Position numbers and translations under genes: made by a program. From the NCBI GenBank assembly GCA_038891055.1, contig JAWAEU010000004.1, forward strand, positions 18,865 to 82,864: 64,000 bases of DNA, read 5' to 3'. Below the pieces are notes generated by a model. That model saw only the letters and a program-made list of their open reading frames with translations. It was not told the DNA's origin and searched no databases. Position 1 is the stretch's first letter; the number at the start of each line of letters is the position of its first letter. Shown here in pieces: positions 38,959 through 47,977 of the stretch. The stretch is from Candidatus Anstonellaceae archaeon (lineage in GTDB: Archaea > Micrarchaeota > Micrarchaeia > Anstonellales > Anstonellaceae).

Positions 38959-39058
38959 CGCCGAGGATGGGATTTGAACCCATAAGCCCTTGCGGGCACA
39001 CGCTTGCCGTACGAATTTTGCTCCAGGCGTGCGCACTACCAGGTTATGCGACCTCGGC
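38959..39058 (-). tRNA. tRNA-Ser(GGA) with a 16-nt intron at 37/38 (39005-39020)
   Basis: Acceptor GCCGAGG/CCTCGGC with G discriminator; CACGC-CTGGAG[CAAAATTCGTACGGCA]A-GCGTG; long variable arm. Confidence 0.92.
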
Positions 39059-39952
39059 ATTCTTTAGCACGATTTTTGGTAATGCCACAATTGAATTATT
39101 TTTTAAATTTTTTAAATCTTGAGCAGAACATACACTCAAGCCAATAGCAAATATCTCTCCAGTAGAATCTACTAGAAAGACATAGCTATTTTTAGCAAAA
39201 AAATCCTTAGCAGCTGCCACACCGGATTTTGCCAGCGGCAAACCGCGACAGACTGCTTCAACGGATTTTTGCTCTACATATATCTTTGGTAATAAAATAA
39301 TTTTGTCAAAAGGCTTTATTAATCTTTTTATTGGCTCACTATTTAGAGTTTGCTTATAAAATTTCCAAGCATCTATTAGGTCATAAAGATTACAACAATC
39401 CTCTTCCTCCACAAGTCCGACTGCTATTCTTCTTAGTTCTAAAAGCTTTCCGCAGCCAAAATATTTTCCGATATCCTCTGCCAAAGTTCTAATATACACC
39501 CCTGCCTGCACTTTTGCCCTAAACAAAATTTTTTTTCCTTCTATTTCTAAGGCTTCTAAATTGTAGATTTCTCTAATTCTTTCTTTTTTTGCTACTGCAG
39601 ATTCTTTTGGAGGAATTTGTTTTATTTTACCTATAAATTTTTTAAAAATTTCTTGTACCTCTTTTAAATCTTTTGGTTTATTACAAACCCTCATTACACC
39701 TATATAAGTCTTTGACTGCATAGTTAAAAATCTCAATAATCTTGTAGCTTTGTTTAACCCAATAATCAAAACTCCAGAAACCTTTGGATCTAAAGTTCCA
39801 CTATGGCCTGCTTTTTTTAAACCAAGAAGTTTTTTTATATATGCGCTAATTTCATGAGAGGAGGGACCTCTTGGTTTATCTAATAAAATAAAGCCACAGT
39901 TTAGGAGTTTTTGGAGTTCTTGGTCAGCTACTGGAGTAGTTTTATGCTGCAT
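39044..39952 (-). CDS. cbf5: Pseudouridine synthase Cbf5/TruB
   Basis: DKPRGPSSHE, GHSGTLDPKVSG, Q.PPKESAV, ELRR and a PUA domain. Confidence 0.95.
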   Translation of the reverse strand: MQHKTTPVADQELQKLLNCGFILLDKPRGPSSHEISAYIKKLLGLKKAGHSGTLDPKVSGVLIIGLNKATRLLRFLTMQSKTYIGVMRVCNKPKDLKEVQEIFKKFIGKIKQIPPKESAVAKKERIREIYNLEALEIEGKKILFRAKVQAGVYIRTLAEDIGKYFGCGKLLELRRIAVGLVEEEDCCNLYDLIDAWKFYKQTLNSEPIKRLIKPFDKIILLPKIYVEQKSVEAVCRGLPLAKSGVAAAKDFFAKNSYVFLVDSTGEIFAIGLSVCSAQDLKNLKNNSIVALPKIVLKNAEVA

Positions 39953-39976
39953 TGTTATAAGTCCTCTAAAACAAAC

Positions 39977-40159
39977 CTAGGTGGAAATTGAAACATCAGT
40001 TGGCTCTAAATGCCTAATAGAACATCGGCGCTCCTTTTTTCTTGCTGGGCTTTTTATCATCACAAAATTTTTATCTATTATTTTTGTGATTACTACTTTT
40101 TGTCCTGCATCTCTACCTGCTAATTTTATGCAAATTCTACCTTCTTTTATTGCTGCCAT
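39977..40159 (-). CDS. rpl14e: 50S ribosomal protein eL14
   Basis: GRICIKLAGRDAG and RRCSIRHLEP. Confidence 0.95.
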   Translation of the reverse strand: MAAIKEGRICIKLAGRDAGQKVVITKIIDKNFVMIKSPARKKERRCSIRHLEPTDVSIST

Positions 40160-40706
40160 TAATTTCACCTCCGCAAAATTCAAGATAATTTTTTAAAACT
40201 ATGGTTGCAATTTTTTTGGCAGAAAGCACAGAGGCATCCACTACTAAATTGAAATTTTTATGATCTAATATATTTATATTGTAAATCTTTTTATATCTTA
40301 AAATATTATCCTTATCCCTTTGTGTGATATGGGAATATGCTTTTTTAAAGCTAATTTTTTCTCTTTTTGCTACTCTTTTTGCCCTTATCTTTTTAGGTAC
40401 CTCAAGCCATACCCTAAAAATATTTCCTCTTATTATCCATGGCCCAAGCCAGGTTGCTATCACGCATTTTTCTCTTTTTGCTAATTTTATGATTTGTTTA
40501 TCAAATTCTTTATCTATACTAAAATCCTTATTTGCTTTTTTTTGAAATTCTAAGAGAGTAAGCTTTTGCAATTTTGCTATGTCTTTGAATGTAGGTGCTA
40601 TCAATTTGTAGCCAAGCTTTTTTGCAACTATTTTGCCAATTGTGGTTTTGCCAGATCCTGCAAGACCTGCTATTGCAATAATTTTCTTAATTTTCAAGTT
40701 ACTCAC
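40137..40706 (-). CDS. cmk: Cytidylate kinase (archaeal type)
   Basis: GLAGSGKTT, IDKEFD and RYKKIYNI; synteny. Confidence 0.9.
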   Translation of the reverse strand: MSNLKIKKIIAIAGLAGSGKTTIGKIVAKKLGYKLIAPTFKDIAKLQKLTLLEFQKKANKDFSIDKEFDKQIIKLAKREKCVIATWLGPWIIRGNIFRVWLEVPKKIRAKRVAKREKISFKKAYSHITQRDKDNILRYKKIYNINILDHKNFNLVVDASVLSAKKIATIVLKNYLEFCGGEINGSNKRR

Positions 40707-40723
40707 TTGTAGAGCTTTAAACT

Positions 40724-41056
40724 TTAAGAGGGATTAGCTGGTAGATTTAAAAATTTGTGATATTTGGAAGGTATCTGTTCTAAAGTTATCTGATTTGAGC
40801 GCAAAAGTTCTTTATATTTTATTAATCTTCTTGCCTCTTTAGCAATTAGCTGGCCTGCGTAAGGTCTATTTGGAACTTTTTTTGATTTTGCCAAAGACTT
40901 TGAGAAAGAAGTTCCTGCCAATTTTTTATTAGTTAGTGCACAGGAAAATTTTTTTTGTTTTGTTCTTTTTTTAAATAATATTGTGGTCCTGTTGGAGGGA
41001 GTTTTTCTTTTTAACTTTCTTATAGAATTAGATCTATTTTTTGGTATCATTTTCAT
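40724..41056 (-). CDS. rpl34e: 50S ribosomal protein eL34 (Zn ligands eroded)
   Basis: RSNS.RK...KTP, CALTNKKLAG and PNRPYAGQL. Confidence 0.9.
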   Translation of the reverse strand: MKMIPKNRSNSIRKLKRKTPSNRTTILFKKRTKQKKFSCALTNKKLAGTSFSKSLAKSKKVPNRPYAGQLIAKEARRLIKYKELLRSNQITLEQIPSKYHKFLNLPANPS

Positions 41057-41603
41057 CCCCCTTAACTTTATTTGAAACTAACAAATTACTAATTTTAATT
41101 TTTTCATTCAAGTTTTTAAAATTATTTATAAAATATTTTGCGATTGAAATAAAAAGTGAAATAAAGATTACACTTAGCCAAAACCAACCAATTGGGCCAA
41201 AAGTATCTCTCCAATTTGGAAATCTATCTAAATTTTGTATAAAAATTGGCAAAGAAAAAGGAAGTTTTATCACAAAATTATTGTAAGTCTGCTTTAGCCA
41301 AGAAGAAAGAAAAATTAAAATTGGTATGAGCGGAATTAGTGGTTTTAGTTGCATAAAAGATATTGAAAATAGCTCTGGAATTAATTTTTCATATTCTTTA
41401 GAAAGTTCTTCTAATTTTTTTTCATCTTTTTCTTTGGAAGCTTGCGAGATTTGTAATTGTAAATCTTTTGATTTTTGATTTATTTGTTTTATTTTTTCTT
41501 TATCTACTAAAAATTTTACCACTAGAGAGTAGAGTAAATAATAAAAAAAAGCTATTAAAAAAATAGTTATTGCTGGGTCAAAAAAATTAAAAATATCTAC
41601 CAT
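41034..41603 (-). CDS. DUF106 / EMC3-TMCO1 (Oxa1 superfamily) membrane protein
   Basis: TM, coiled coil, QLKPL and GWFWL; adk-DUF106-rpl34e synteny. Confidence 0.85.
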   Translation of the reverse strand: MVDIFNFFDPAITIFLIAFFYYLLYSLVVKFLVDKEKIKQINQKSKDLQLQISQASKEKDEKKLEELSKEYEKLIPELFSISFMQLKPLIPLIPILIFLSSWLKQTYNNFVIKLPFSLPIFIQNLDRFPNWRDTFGPIGWFWLSVIFISLFISIAKYFINNFKNLNEKIKISNLLVSNKVKGDENDTKK

Positions 41604-41608
41604 AAAAT

Positions 41609-42160
41609 TTACTCCAAAAGTTGTTTTAGTCTTTGTTTAGATTGTTCTAATTTTCCATCTGCATTTATAATTATAGATGCAGGGGCAGAACAAAAAAAAG
41701 AATAAGCTGCTAAAAAAGCTCTATTTAATTGCTCATGTTCTACTATCAACTCAAGTGATTGAGAATCTCTAATTCTACTTTTATCCTCCACTCTTCTTTT
41801 TAAAATATCTTGTGGCGGAGCTGTGATTAACACTAATTTTTCTATATTTAAATCTTTTAAAATTTCAAAAGGCAAGCCAGGCAAATAACCCTCAGGGGTG
41901 TTAATTGAGCAATGCGTGTCTAAAATTATTTCTCGCTTATTTTTTGACTTTTGAGCTAAAAAAATACCTACTTCTTTTTGAATTTCCTTTTGGGCAGAAA
42001 TTGGAAGCTTTCTAATTTCATCTCTATGTGAAATCTTAAACTTTTTTTGTGCTATTTCAAACATTGCAGAACCATAATTAATTATCTCCCATCCCATCTG
42101 AGATGCTATTTCTAAAACAGTTGATTTACCAGCACCTGGTAATCCCATTACCACTATCAA
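41609..42160 (-). CDS. adk: Adenylate kinase (archaeal)
   Basis: GLPGAGKST, RDEIRKL, DTH and GYLPGLP. Confidence 0.95.
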   Translation of the reverse strand: MIVVMGLPGAGKSTVLEIASQMGWEIINYGSAMFEIAQKKFKISHRDEIRKLPISAQKEIQKEVGIFLAQKSKNKREIILDTHCSINTPEGYLPGLPFEILKDLNIEKLVLITAPPQDILKRRVEDKSRIRDSQSLELIVEHEQLNRAFLAAYSFFCSAPASIIINADGKLEQSKQRLKQLLE

Positions 42161-42164
42161 ATTC

Positions 42165-43652
42165 TCACCTTTTTTTAAGAAAATTATATAATAAGGAACT
42201 CTGACCTAAAATATTATATCTTTCTATAGATTGATAGAAATTAGAAATAATTGAGACTGTAAGTAGAATTCCAGTTCCGGTTCCCAAAGCTCCAAGAAGA
42301 TCAGCTAGTCCTGCCAATAGACCAACTGAGATAGAGCCAACTAAAACTAATGGAGGAATATACTTTTCTAAAACTGAAGTTAGTATCCTAACATCTCTTC
42401 TATAACCTGGTATTTGAAATCCCAACGAATCAATTTGTTTTGCAACATCAGCAGGTCCCATTCCAGTGAGATCTACCCATAATATTCCAAATAAAATACA
42501 GAGAGTTACTAAAAATAACAAATATATAATAATATGAACCCATTCTGGGATATTAAAAATTGGAGTAGTATATGTGAAATAAGAATTTATTTGGGCAAAA
42601 TAACTTTGCTCTGGGTTATGATGCACTGGACTGAGAAGATAAAATATTCCATCTACAAATCTTGCACTCTGCCCCTGTCTTTCTGCTCTGCCAATTACAT
42701 TTATCAAGTCAATTCCGCCTTCGCATACATAAGCTTTATTAGGTACTTCTAAATTTAGATTACCCCCAATGCAGAGATTTTGGTCTACTAAAAGCATTGC
42801 AAAAAATTGAATATTAGCTAAAAATGCAACTGCTAAAATAACAGGAATATTTGACAAATAGAAAAATTTAAGAGGTATGGCAGAAGAAGTGCCAAACCCA
42901 TAAGAGATTGGAACCTCTACTTTTATTCCTTCAAAATATACTACTACTAATAAAATTACTATAGTTGCAAACAGAGGAAGAAGAGCTTCAAAGATTTTTG
43001 AAAAGACCAAAGCTCCTCCTTCTGAAATTATAGAAAGAATTCCACTATATCCAAAGAATATATTTAACACACCTGCAAGAATAGAAAAAGCAACACCTGC
43101 TGCAATAAATAAAGAAATTCCTGAGCCAAGGCCATATTTAGATAAAATCTCATCTAAATAAAACAAAATAATTGAACCTAAACTTATTTGTAAAACTACA
43201 AGCCAAAAAGTATATGGCCCAAATAGTGTTAGAATATAACCTGAAGAAGAAAGATAAGTAGTAAATACAAAAGCCTCAAAAAATGAGAGTATAAATGCTA
43301 ATAGCTTTTGAGCTCCATGAAAATTAGCTCTCTCCCTTGGATCGGACAAATTTACATCTATTATTTTTGCACCTACCAAAAGTTGCATAAAAATTGAAGC
43401 TAAGATTATTGGCCCAATACCAACGGTTATTAGAGTGCCAATTTTAGAAGCAGTAATTAGCTGCAAAAAAGAAACAGTGGAAAAAACCCGCGGATCTACA
43501 CCTATAGCTGGAATATGATACATTATAAAAAATAATAGTAGTGCAAAGGCAGTCCAAAAAATTCTCTCTTTTGCAGTCGGAAAAGAAGTTGGCAGAGAGA
43601 TTTCTGGAATTAAAGAAAATATTGGTTTTAGTTTTTCAAGAACAGAAGACAT
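42165..43652 (-). CDS. secY: Preprotein translocase SecY
   Basis: GIGPIILASIFMQLL, GSGISLFI, SNIPVIL, IPGYRRD and GTGILL. Confidence 0.97.
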   Translation of the reverse strand: MSSVLEKLKPIFSLIPEISLPTSFPTAKERIFWTAFALLLFFIMYHIPAIGVDPRVFSTVSFLQLITASKIGTLITVGIGPIILASIFMQLLVGAKIIDVNLSDPRERANFHGAQKLLAFILSFFEAFVFTTYLSSSGYILTLFGPYTFWLVVLQISLGSIILFYLDEILSKYGLGSGISLFIAAGVAFSILAGVLNIFFGYSGILSIISEGGALVFSKIFEALLPLFATIVILLVVVYFEGIKVEVPISYGFGTSSAIPLKFFYLSNIPVILAVAFLANIQFFAMLLVDQNLCIGGNLNLEVPNKAYVCEGGIDLINVIGRAERQGQSARFVDGIFYLLSPVHHNPEQSYFAQINSYFTYTTPIFNIPEWVHIIIYLLFLVTLCILFGILWVDLTGMGPADVAKQIDSLGFQIPGYRRDVRILTSVLEKYIPPLVLVGSISVGLLAGLADLLGALGTGTGILLTVSIISNFYQSIERYNILGQSSLLYNFLKKR

Positions 43653-43717
43653 ATCTAATATCAGCCTCTTAAAATTAATAAATCTTAGATCTAAAAAATA
43701 AAGCAAAAATTCTAATT

Positions 43718-44182
43718 TTATTGTTCAGAAGAAATTTTAGCTTCTTTTTCTAAGCTTTTAGGTATGGGAGCAAGAGAAGAAAATTTTATATTCGCTTTTT
43801 GAAGTTTTTCAATAGCTCTTTTGGAAAATTGTTGGGCTATAATTTCAAAATTTTGTGGGGCATTAAAAATATTTCCTGTGCCTAAAATTTTTCCTCTAAA
43901 TTCGAATTTTTCTTTTATTTTACCTGCCCTCAAGAGATTATCTATCTCAAATAAATTTATTGATGGAATTTCTTTTTTTGTTGGATTTACAAAACCAAAT
44001 CTTCCCCCATGTTTCATCCAATCTCGCTCATAGGTTGTGACATAACTGAATTTGTGTTTGTGAATTCCTCCTCTTCCAACTCCTCCCCTAGTACCTGAAC
44101 CTCTTTTATTTTTTACATTACCAGTCCCACATGTCCTAGAACCTCTATATTTATTAATTCTTTTTCTTTTTCTCTTGAACAT
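43718..44182 (-). CDS. rpl15: 50S ribosomal protein uL15
   Basis: RGSRTCG, RGGVG, HKHK and KILGTG. Confidence 0.95.
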   Translation of the reverse strand: MFKRKRKRINKYRGSRTCGTGNVKNKRGSGTRGGVGRGGIHKHKFSYVTTYERDWMKHGGRFGFVNPTKKEIPSINLFEIDNLLRAGKIKEKFEFRGKILGTGNIFNAPQNFEIIAQQFSKRAIEKLQKANIKFSSLAPIPKSLEKEAKISSEQ

Positions 44183-44203
44183 CGAAACACCCTCCTATAA
44201 AAT

Positions 44204-44650
44204 TCATAACATTCTTTTTAATAATAAATCAATCGAAGGTCTTGGACCTAATTCACCCTCTGGATAAATTTTCTTTTTATTTTTATATCCCTTAGAAGGC
44301 GGTCTTAATCTAAATGTTGGTTTTATACCAAATTCTTTTAATGATTTACCATCAAAAATTTCATTTGCTATTTTTTTTATTTCTTCTTCTGATTTTATTT
44401 TAGATAATTTTTTCTTTCCTACTTCTCCCCTTTTTACTAAAAGCCTAAATAAAATCTCTTTGGAGATTTTTCCCCACGTAATATAATCCTTAGCTTTTTT
44501 TAGCATTCCACCATAGGCCTTATTCATAAAAAAAATTGAACAATAGTTTGGCTTGTAGATATTTAACATCTTAAGAGTATGATCTATCTTTTTATTTAAT
44601 TTTCTTCTCCCTCTTATTCTAATCACAGCATAAAGCTCTTTTTTTTCCAT
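44204..44650 (-). CDS. rpl30: 50S ribosomal protein uL30
   Basis: AVIRIRG, KDYITWG and FRLRPP. Confidence 0.95.
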   Translation of the reverse strand: MEKKELYAVIRIRGRRKLNKKIDHTLKMLNIYKPNYCSIFFMNKAYGGMLKKAKDYITWGKISKEILFRLLVKRGEVGKKKLSKIKSEEEIKKIANEIFDGKSLKEFGIKPTFRLRPPSKGYKNKKKIYPEGELGPRPSIDLLLKRML

Positions 44651-44689
44651 ATGAACCACATCTTTTTTATTTTAGGATTAATAGTAATA

Positions 44690-45385
44690 CTAAGATGAAG
44701 CTTTATCAAAACTTGCCTTTAGCCTAGCAATCTCCTCTCCTCTTGAGCCCATCTCTGACCAATCTCCTCTATATCTTAATTTGTTTAGATTATCCAATGC
44801 TTTAATGGTTGCTCTTGCGACATTTAAAATATTTCTTGTCCTACCCCTTGAAAATGACCAAACATTTTTAACTCCTGCATAATAGAGTACTTTTCGCACT
44901 ATTTGATTTGCTGCAATTCCTATTCCTCTTGGAGCTGGTTTTAATATAACTTCAACAGAACCTTCCTTCCCCCTTGTTTTTATTGGTATAGAATGAGGAG
45001 ATTTAAAAGTATCCTCCCAAGAGCCATTACCTCTTGGTACAAAAATAATATTAATCTTTGCTTTTTTTGTTGCACTCTCTATTGCTGGTTTTGCTTCTTC
45101 TGATTTTCCTACACCTAAACCTACATGGCCGTTCTTATCTCCTACAATCACCACTGCTCTATATTGGGTTTTTCTACCGCAGTCAGTCATTCTTTGAGTT
45201 GTTCTAATTTCAAGTGTTTCTGCCTCTAGATTTGGAAGTAAAAAATCCACAATTTGTGGTTCAAGTATTTTTTTTCCTTGGCTAAAAATCTCCTCGATAG
45301 AAGAAATTTGACCTGATTTTACTAATCTTCCAATTTCTGTTTTTGGTTCCCAATTTTCAAGATTAACAATATTTTTAAGCTTCAT
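44690..45385 (-). CDS. rps5: 30S ribosomal protein uS5
   Basis: WEPKTEIGRLV, QRMTDCGR and PAPRGIG. Confidence 0.97.
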   Translation of the reverse strand: MKLKNIVNLENWEPKTEIGRLVKSGQISSIEEIFSQGKKILEPQIVDFLLPNLEAETLEIRTTQRMTDCGRKTQYRAVVIVGDKNGHVGLGVGKSEEAKPAIESATKKAKINIIFVPRGNGSWEDTFKSPHSIPIKTRGKEGSVEVILKPAPRGIGIAANQIVRKVLYYAGVKNVWSFSRGRTRNILNVARATIKALDNLNKLRYRGDWSEMGSRGEEIARLKASFDKASS

Positions 45386-45966
45386 TAACTCACCTGTTCA
45401 ATTTTCTTTTTAACTTCATAAAAAATTTTTGAAATATTTGTTGGATCAAAATTATTTTTTAGATAATCTGAAAAAATTTTTTGGAATTTTTCTGGTTGAT
45501 TTTGTTTTAATTCTTCTGCATATTTTGCAATATGACTTCCATCCAATCTTTCTTTTGGCACTAAAGAATTATCTATATTGATGTTTAGCCCTCCTTCTTT
45601 TGCACCTATTGCGGCTGCAAATAAAATCCTTCCTCTTGTAGGTCTTGCCATGCCAATGTCTAATATCAATTCCTCTTTAGAAGGATACTTTTTTGCTAAT
45701 AGAGCTCCTGCTAAATATGCTGTGGGAGTATTTGCTTTTGGATACCATCCAAAATTTTTTAATTCTTTGGAAAAAACACTTCTAATAATTTTATCTCCCT
45801 TTTCATTGAATTCAACTACTTGTAAAATAACATGTTTGTTAGAAGCTCTAACTACTAAACGATTTTTATGAGATTTTAACATTTTAAATCGTTTGTAGTA
45901 ATTAGTTTTATTTTCTCTTCTCCTTCTAAAAGGGACTTTATAATTTGGACCACTAGCTCTAGCCAT
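45385..45966 (-). CDS. rpl18: 50S ribosomal protein uL18
   Basis: FRRRRENKTNYYKR and NTPTAYLAG. Confidence 0.96.
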   Translation of the reverse strand: MARASGPNYKVPFRRRRENKTNYYKRFKMLKSHKNRLVVRASNKHVILQVVEFNEKGDKIIRSVFSKELKNFGWYPKANTPTAYLAGALLAKKYPSKEELILDIGMARPTRGRILFAAAIGAKEGGLNINIDNSLVPKERLDGSHIAKYAEELKQNQPEKFQKIFSDYLKNNFDPTNISKIFYEVKKKIEQVS

Positions 45967-45971
45967 ATATA

Positions 45972-46409
45972 TCACTTTGCATTTTTCTCGATCAATAAAT
46001 TATTATCTTTGAGATAATTTAATAGGATTTTTTTACTTCTAAATTGATTTCCTTTTATTTTTAGATAAACCTTTTTAATAGCAGCTGACTTTTGTACTTT
46101 TCCTGCTTTGATTAAATTTTTGAGAAGTTTTCTTTGAGCCCTAACCTTTGCCATCCAATATTCTTTTTGACCTATCCTGGCTTTTTTAGTTCCTTTTCTA
46201 GAGCCATAACCGCTAGACTTTTTCTTTTTTATTTTTCTTCTTGGAGTTGGTGGGAGTTTTCTTATAAGACCTTCATCAATGAGTTTTTTTACATCCTCTC
46301 TTGTCAATACTTCTTTAAATCTTTTTTGATTGGAAGGATCCAACCAAACTCTAGAAATACCCACTTTTAAAATTGAAGCTGCAAGTCTTTTAACAGTATC
46401 CTTTCCCAT
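45972..46409 (-). CDS. rpl19e: 50S ribosomal protein eL19
   Basis: KRLAASILKVG, GSRKG and WMAKVRAQR. Confidence 0.96.
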   Translation of the reverse strand: MGKDTVKRLAASILKVGISRVWLDPSNQKRFKEVLTREDVKKLIDEGLIRKLPPTPRRKIKKKKSSGYGSRKGTKKARIGQKEYWMAKVRAQRKLLKNLIKAGKVQKSAAIKKVYLKIKGNQFRSKKILLNYLKDNNLLIEKNAK

Positions 46410-46410
46410 G

Positions 46411-46866
46411 TTATTTCTCCTCCTTCTCTAAGTTTTTTTGATTTTTATTTTCCTCTTCTTTTAAAATTTTTTTCTCTTCGGCTATAGCCTTAGTTGAGAG
46501 AGATTCTTTCTTTGGATTTAATATAACTAAACCCAATTTAGCTGCTTGCTCCACTAATTTTATTCTTAATTTTCTACCTATAGTTGAGGCTAGTCTTACT
46601 ACACCATCTTGTGGGACTTTTTTTAATTCTTCTAAATTTGAAACCAAAAATTCTTTTTTGCCTGATGGGTGAAGTCCTCTAATTTTTTTATCTTGTGAAT
46701 ATCCTATTGATGGGCTAGCTCCCATGTAAGCCTTTTTAACTCTTTTTTTATTATCGATGCCTCTTGGTCTTCTCCAATTATCTTTGATTCTTTTTCTACT
46801 ACTTCTACCATAATTTGGTCTTAAAAATTTTGGCTTTTTCTTTTTCTTTAATTTTATTTTGGACAT
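46411..46866 (-). CDS. rpl32e: 50S ribosomal protein eL32
   Basis: WRRPRGIDNK and RGLHPSG. Confidence 0.96.
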   Translation of the reverse strand: MSKIKLKKKKKPKFLRPNYGRSSRKRIKDNWRRPRGIDNKKRVKKAYMGASPSIGYSQDKKIRGLHPSGKKEFLVSNLEELKKVPQDGVVRLASTIGRKLRIKLVEQAAKLGLVILNPKKESLSTKAIAEEKKILKEEENKNQKNLEKEEK

Positions 46867-46868
46867 TT

Positions 46869-47378
46869 TTATTCACCTACAGGGTAAATCCCATCTTGAA
46901 AAACTCTTGGGTCATAATTCTTTATTTTTACTGCCCTTAAAATATTGGCTACTGTTTGGCCTAAATCTTCTTTTGAAGGACTTGAGAGAAAAATTTCTTG
47001 CCCTTTTATTTCTACTTTTGTATCTCCCATTATTTTAGCATATCTTGGAGAGCGCTCGCCTAAAAAATTTTTTATTTCTATAACATTTCCTCTAACAGTT
47101 AGTGAAATTGGAAAGTGAGCATAAACTATCTTCATTTTTTTGCTATAACCATCCAAACAACCTTTTGCCATATTTTTAAAGTGTGCTAAAAAAGTGTTCA
47201 CTATAACTAATTTTCCTCTCAGCACTATTTTTGAATTATCCAAAGTTAGTTGTAAAATTGGAGGGATCTTTTTAGTCACACTACCTTTTGGGCCAGAAAA
47301 AATTATCTGATCGTTTTCAATTTTCACACTAACAGAATTTGGAATTTCCCAAACTTTTTCAACCTCTTTTTTTGCCAT
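46869..47378 (-). CDS. rpl6: 50S ribosomal protein uL6
   Basis: VYAHFP, NFLGER and DPRVFQDGIY. Confidence 0.96.
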   Translation of the reverse strand: MAKKEVEKVWEIPNSVSVKIENDQIIFSGPKGSVTKKIPPILQLTLDNSKIVLRGKLVIVNTFLAHFKNMAKGCLDGYSKKMKIVYAHFPISLTVRGNVIEIKNFLGERSPRYAKIMGDTKVEIKGQEIFLSSPSKEDLGQTVANILRAVKIKNYDPRVFQDGIYPVGE

Positions 47379-47388
47379 AAACATCACT

Positions 47389-47775
47389 TTAGTATACAAA
47401 TGCTATTAATCTTCCTCCTAAATTTTGTTTTTTTGCTTCTTCATTAGTCATCAAACCCTTTGGAGTGCTAACTATCAAAAATCCAAAACCAAGACCTGGG
47501 ATATATTTTTGTTCCCATTCTACCCATTCTGTTTTTTTAATAGCGAATCTTGGTTTTATTGCACCGCAATTATTTATCCTTCCAATAAGCTTTACTTTAA
47601 AAAAGCTCTTTGGACCTCTATCCACAAATTCAAATTCTCCTATATAATTTTTTTGTTGTAAAATCTTTAAAATCTCTTTTATTAATTTTGAATACTTAAC
47701 TTCACATTCTTCTTTTCCGTTCATTTCATGTGTTTTTATTGTATTTAGAGCATCAGCAACTAAATCCTTTGACAT
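47389..47775 (-). CDS. rps8: 30S ribosomal protein uS8
   Basis: GRINNCGAIKPR, STPKG and GGRLIAFVY. Confidence 0.96.
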   Translation of the reverse strand: MSKDLVADALNTIKTHEMNGKEECEVKYSKLIKEILKILQQKNYIGEFEFVDRGPKSFFKVKLIGRINNCGAIKPRFAIKKTEWVEWEQKYIPGLGFGFLIVSTPKGLMTNEEAKKQNLGGRLIAFVY

Positions 47776-47787
47776 ATTCACCATCCT

Positions 47788-47967
47788 CTAGCTATATTTT
47801 CTAAAACCTAACTTCTCTGCAATTTCTCTAAAAACTCTTCTTGAGACTTGCAAACCATAACATCTAATTAATCCTCGAGCATTTCCAGTGATTATACACT
47901 TTCTTTTACCTTTACCTTTTTTTCTATATTCAAATGGAATTTTTCTATTTTTGTTTTTCTTTCCCAT
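47788..47967 (-). CDS. rps14: 30S ribosomal protein uS14 (C-minus form)
   Basis: GKG.RKC, GLIR.YGL and FREIAEKLGFRKYS. Confidence 0.95.
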   Translation of the reverse strand: MGKKNKNRKIPFEYRKKGKGKRKCIITGNARGLIRCYGLQVSRRVFREIAEKLGFRKYS

Positions 47968-47977
47968 AAAACTCACC

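Noticed and set aside
38944-39060. ORF-track N-terminal extension of rps13 through tRNA-Ser
   Set aside because: It has no SD, an SD-led ATG exists at 38943, and an open frame of 39 codons can occur by chance.
39044-39952. Protein-gene intron in cbf5, as in some Crenarchaeota
   Set aside because: The frame is continuous through GPSSHE and GHSGTLD.
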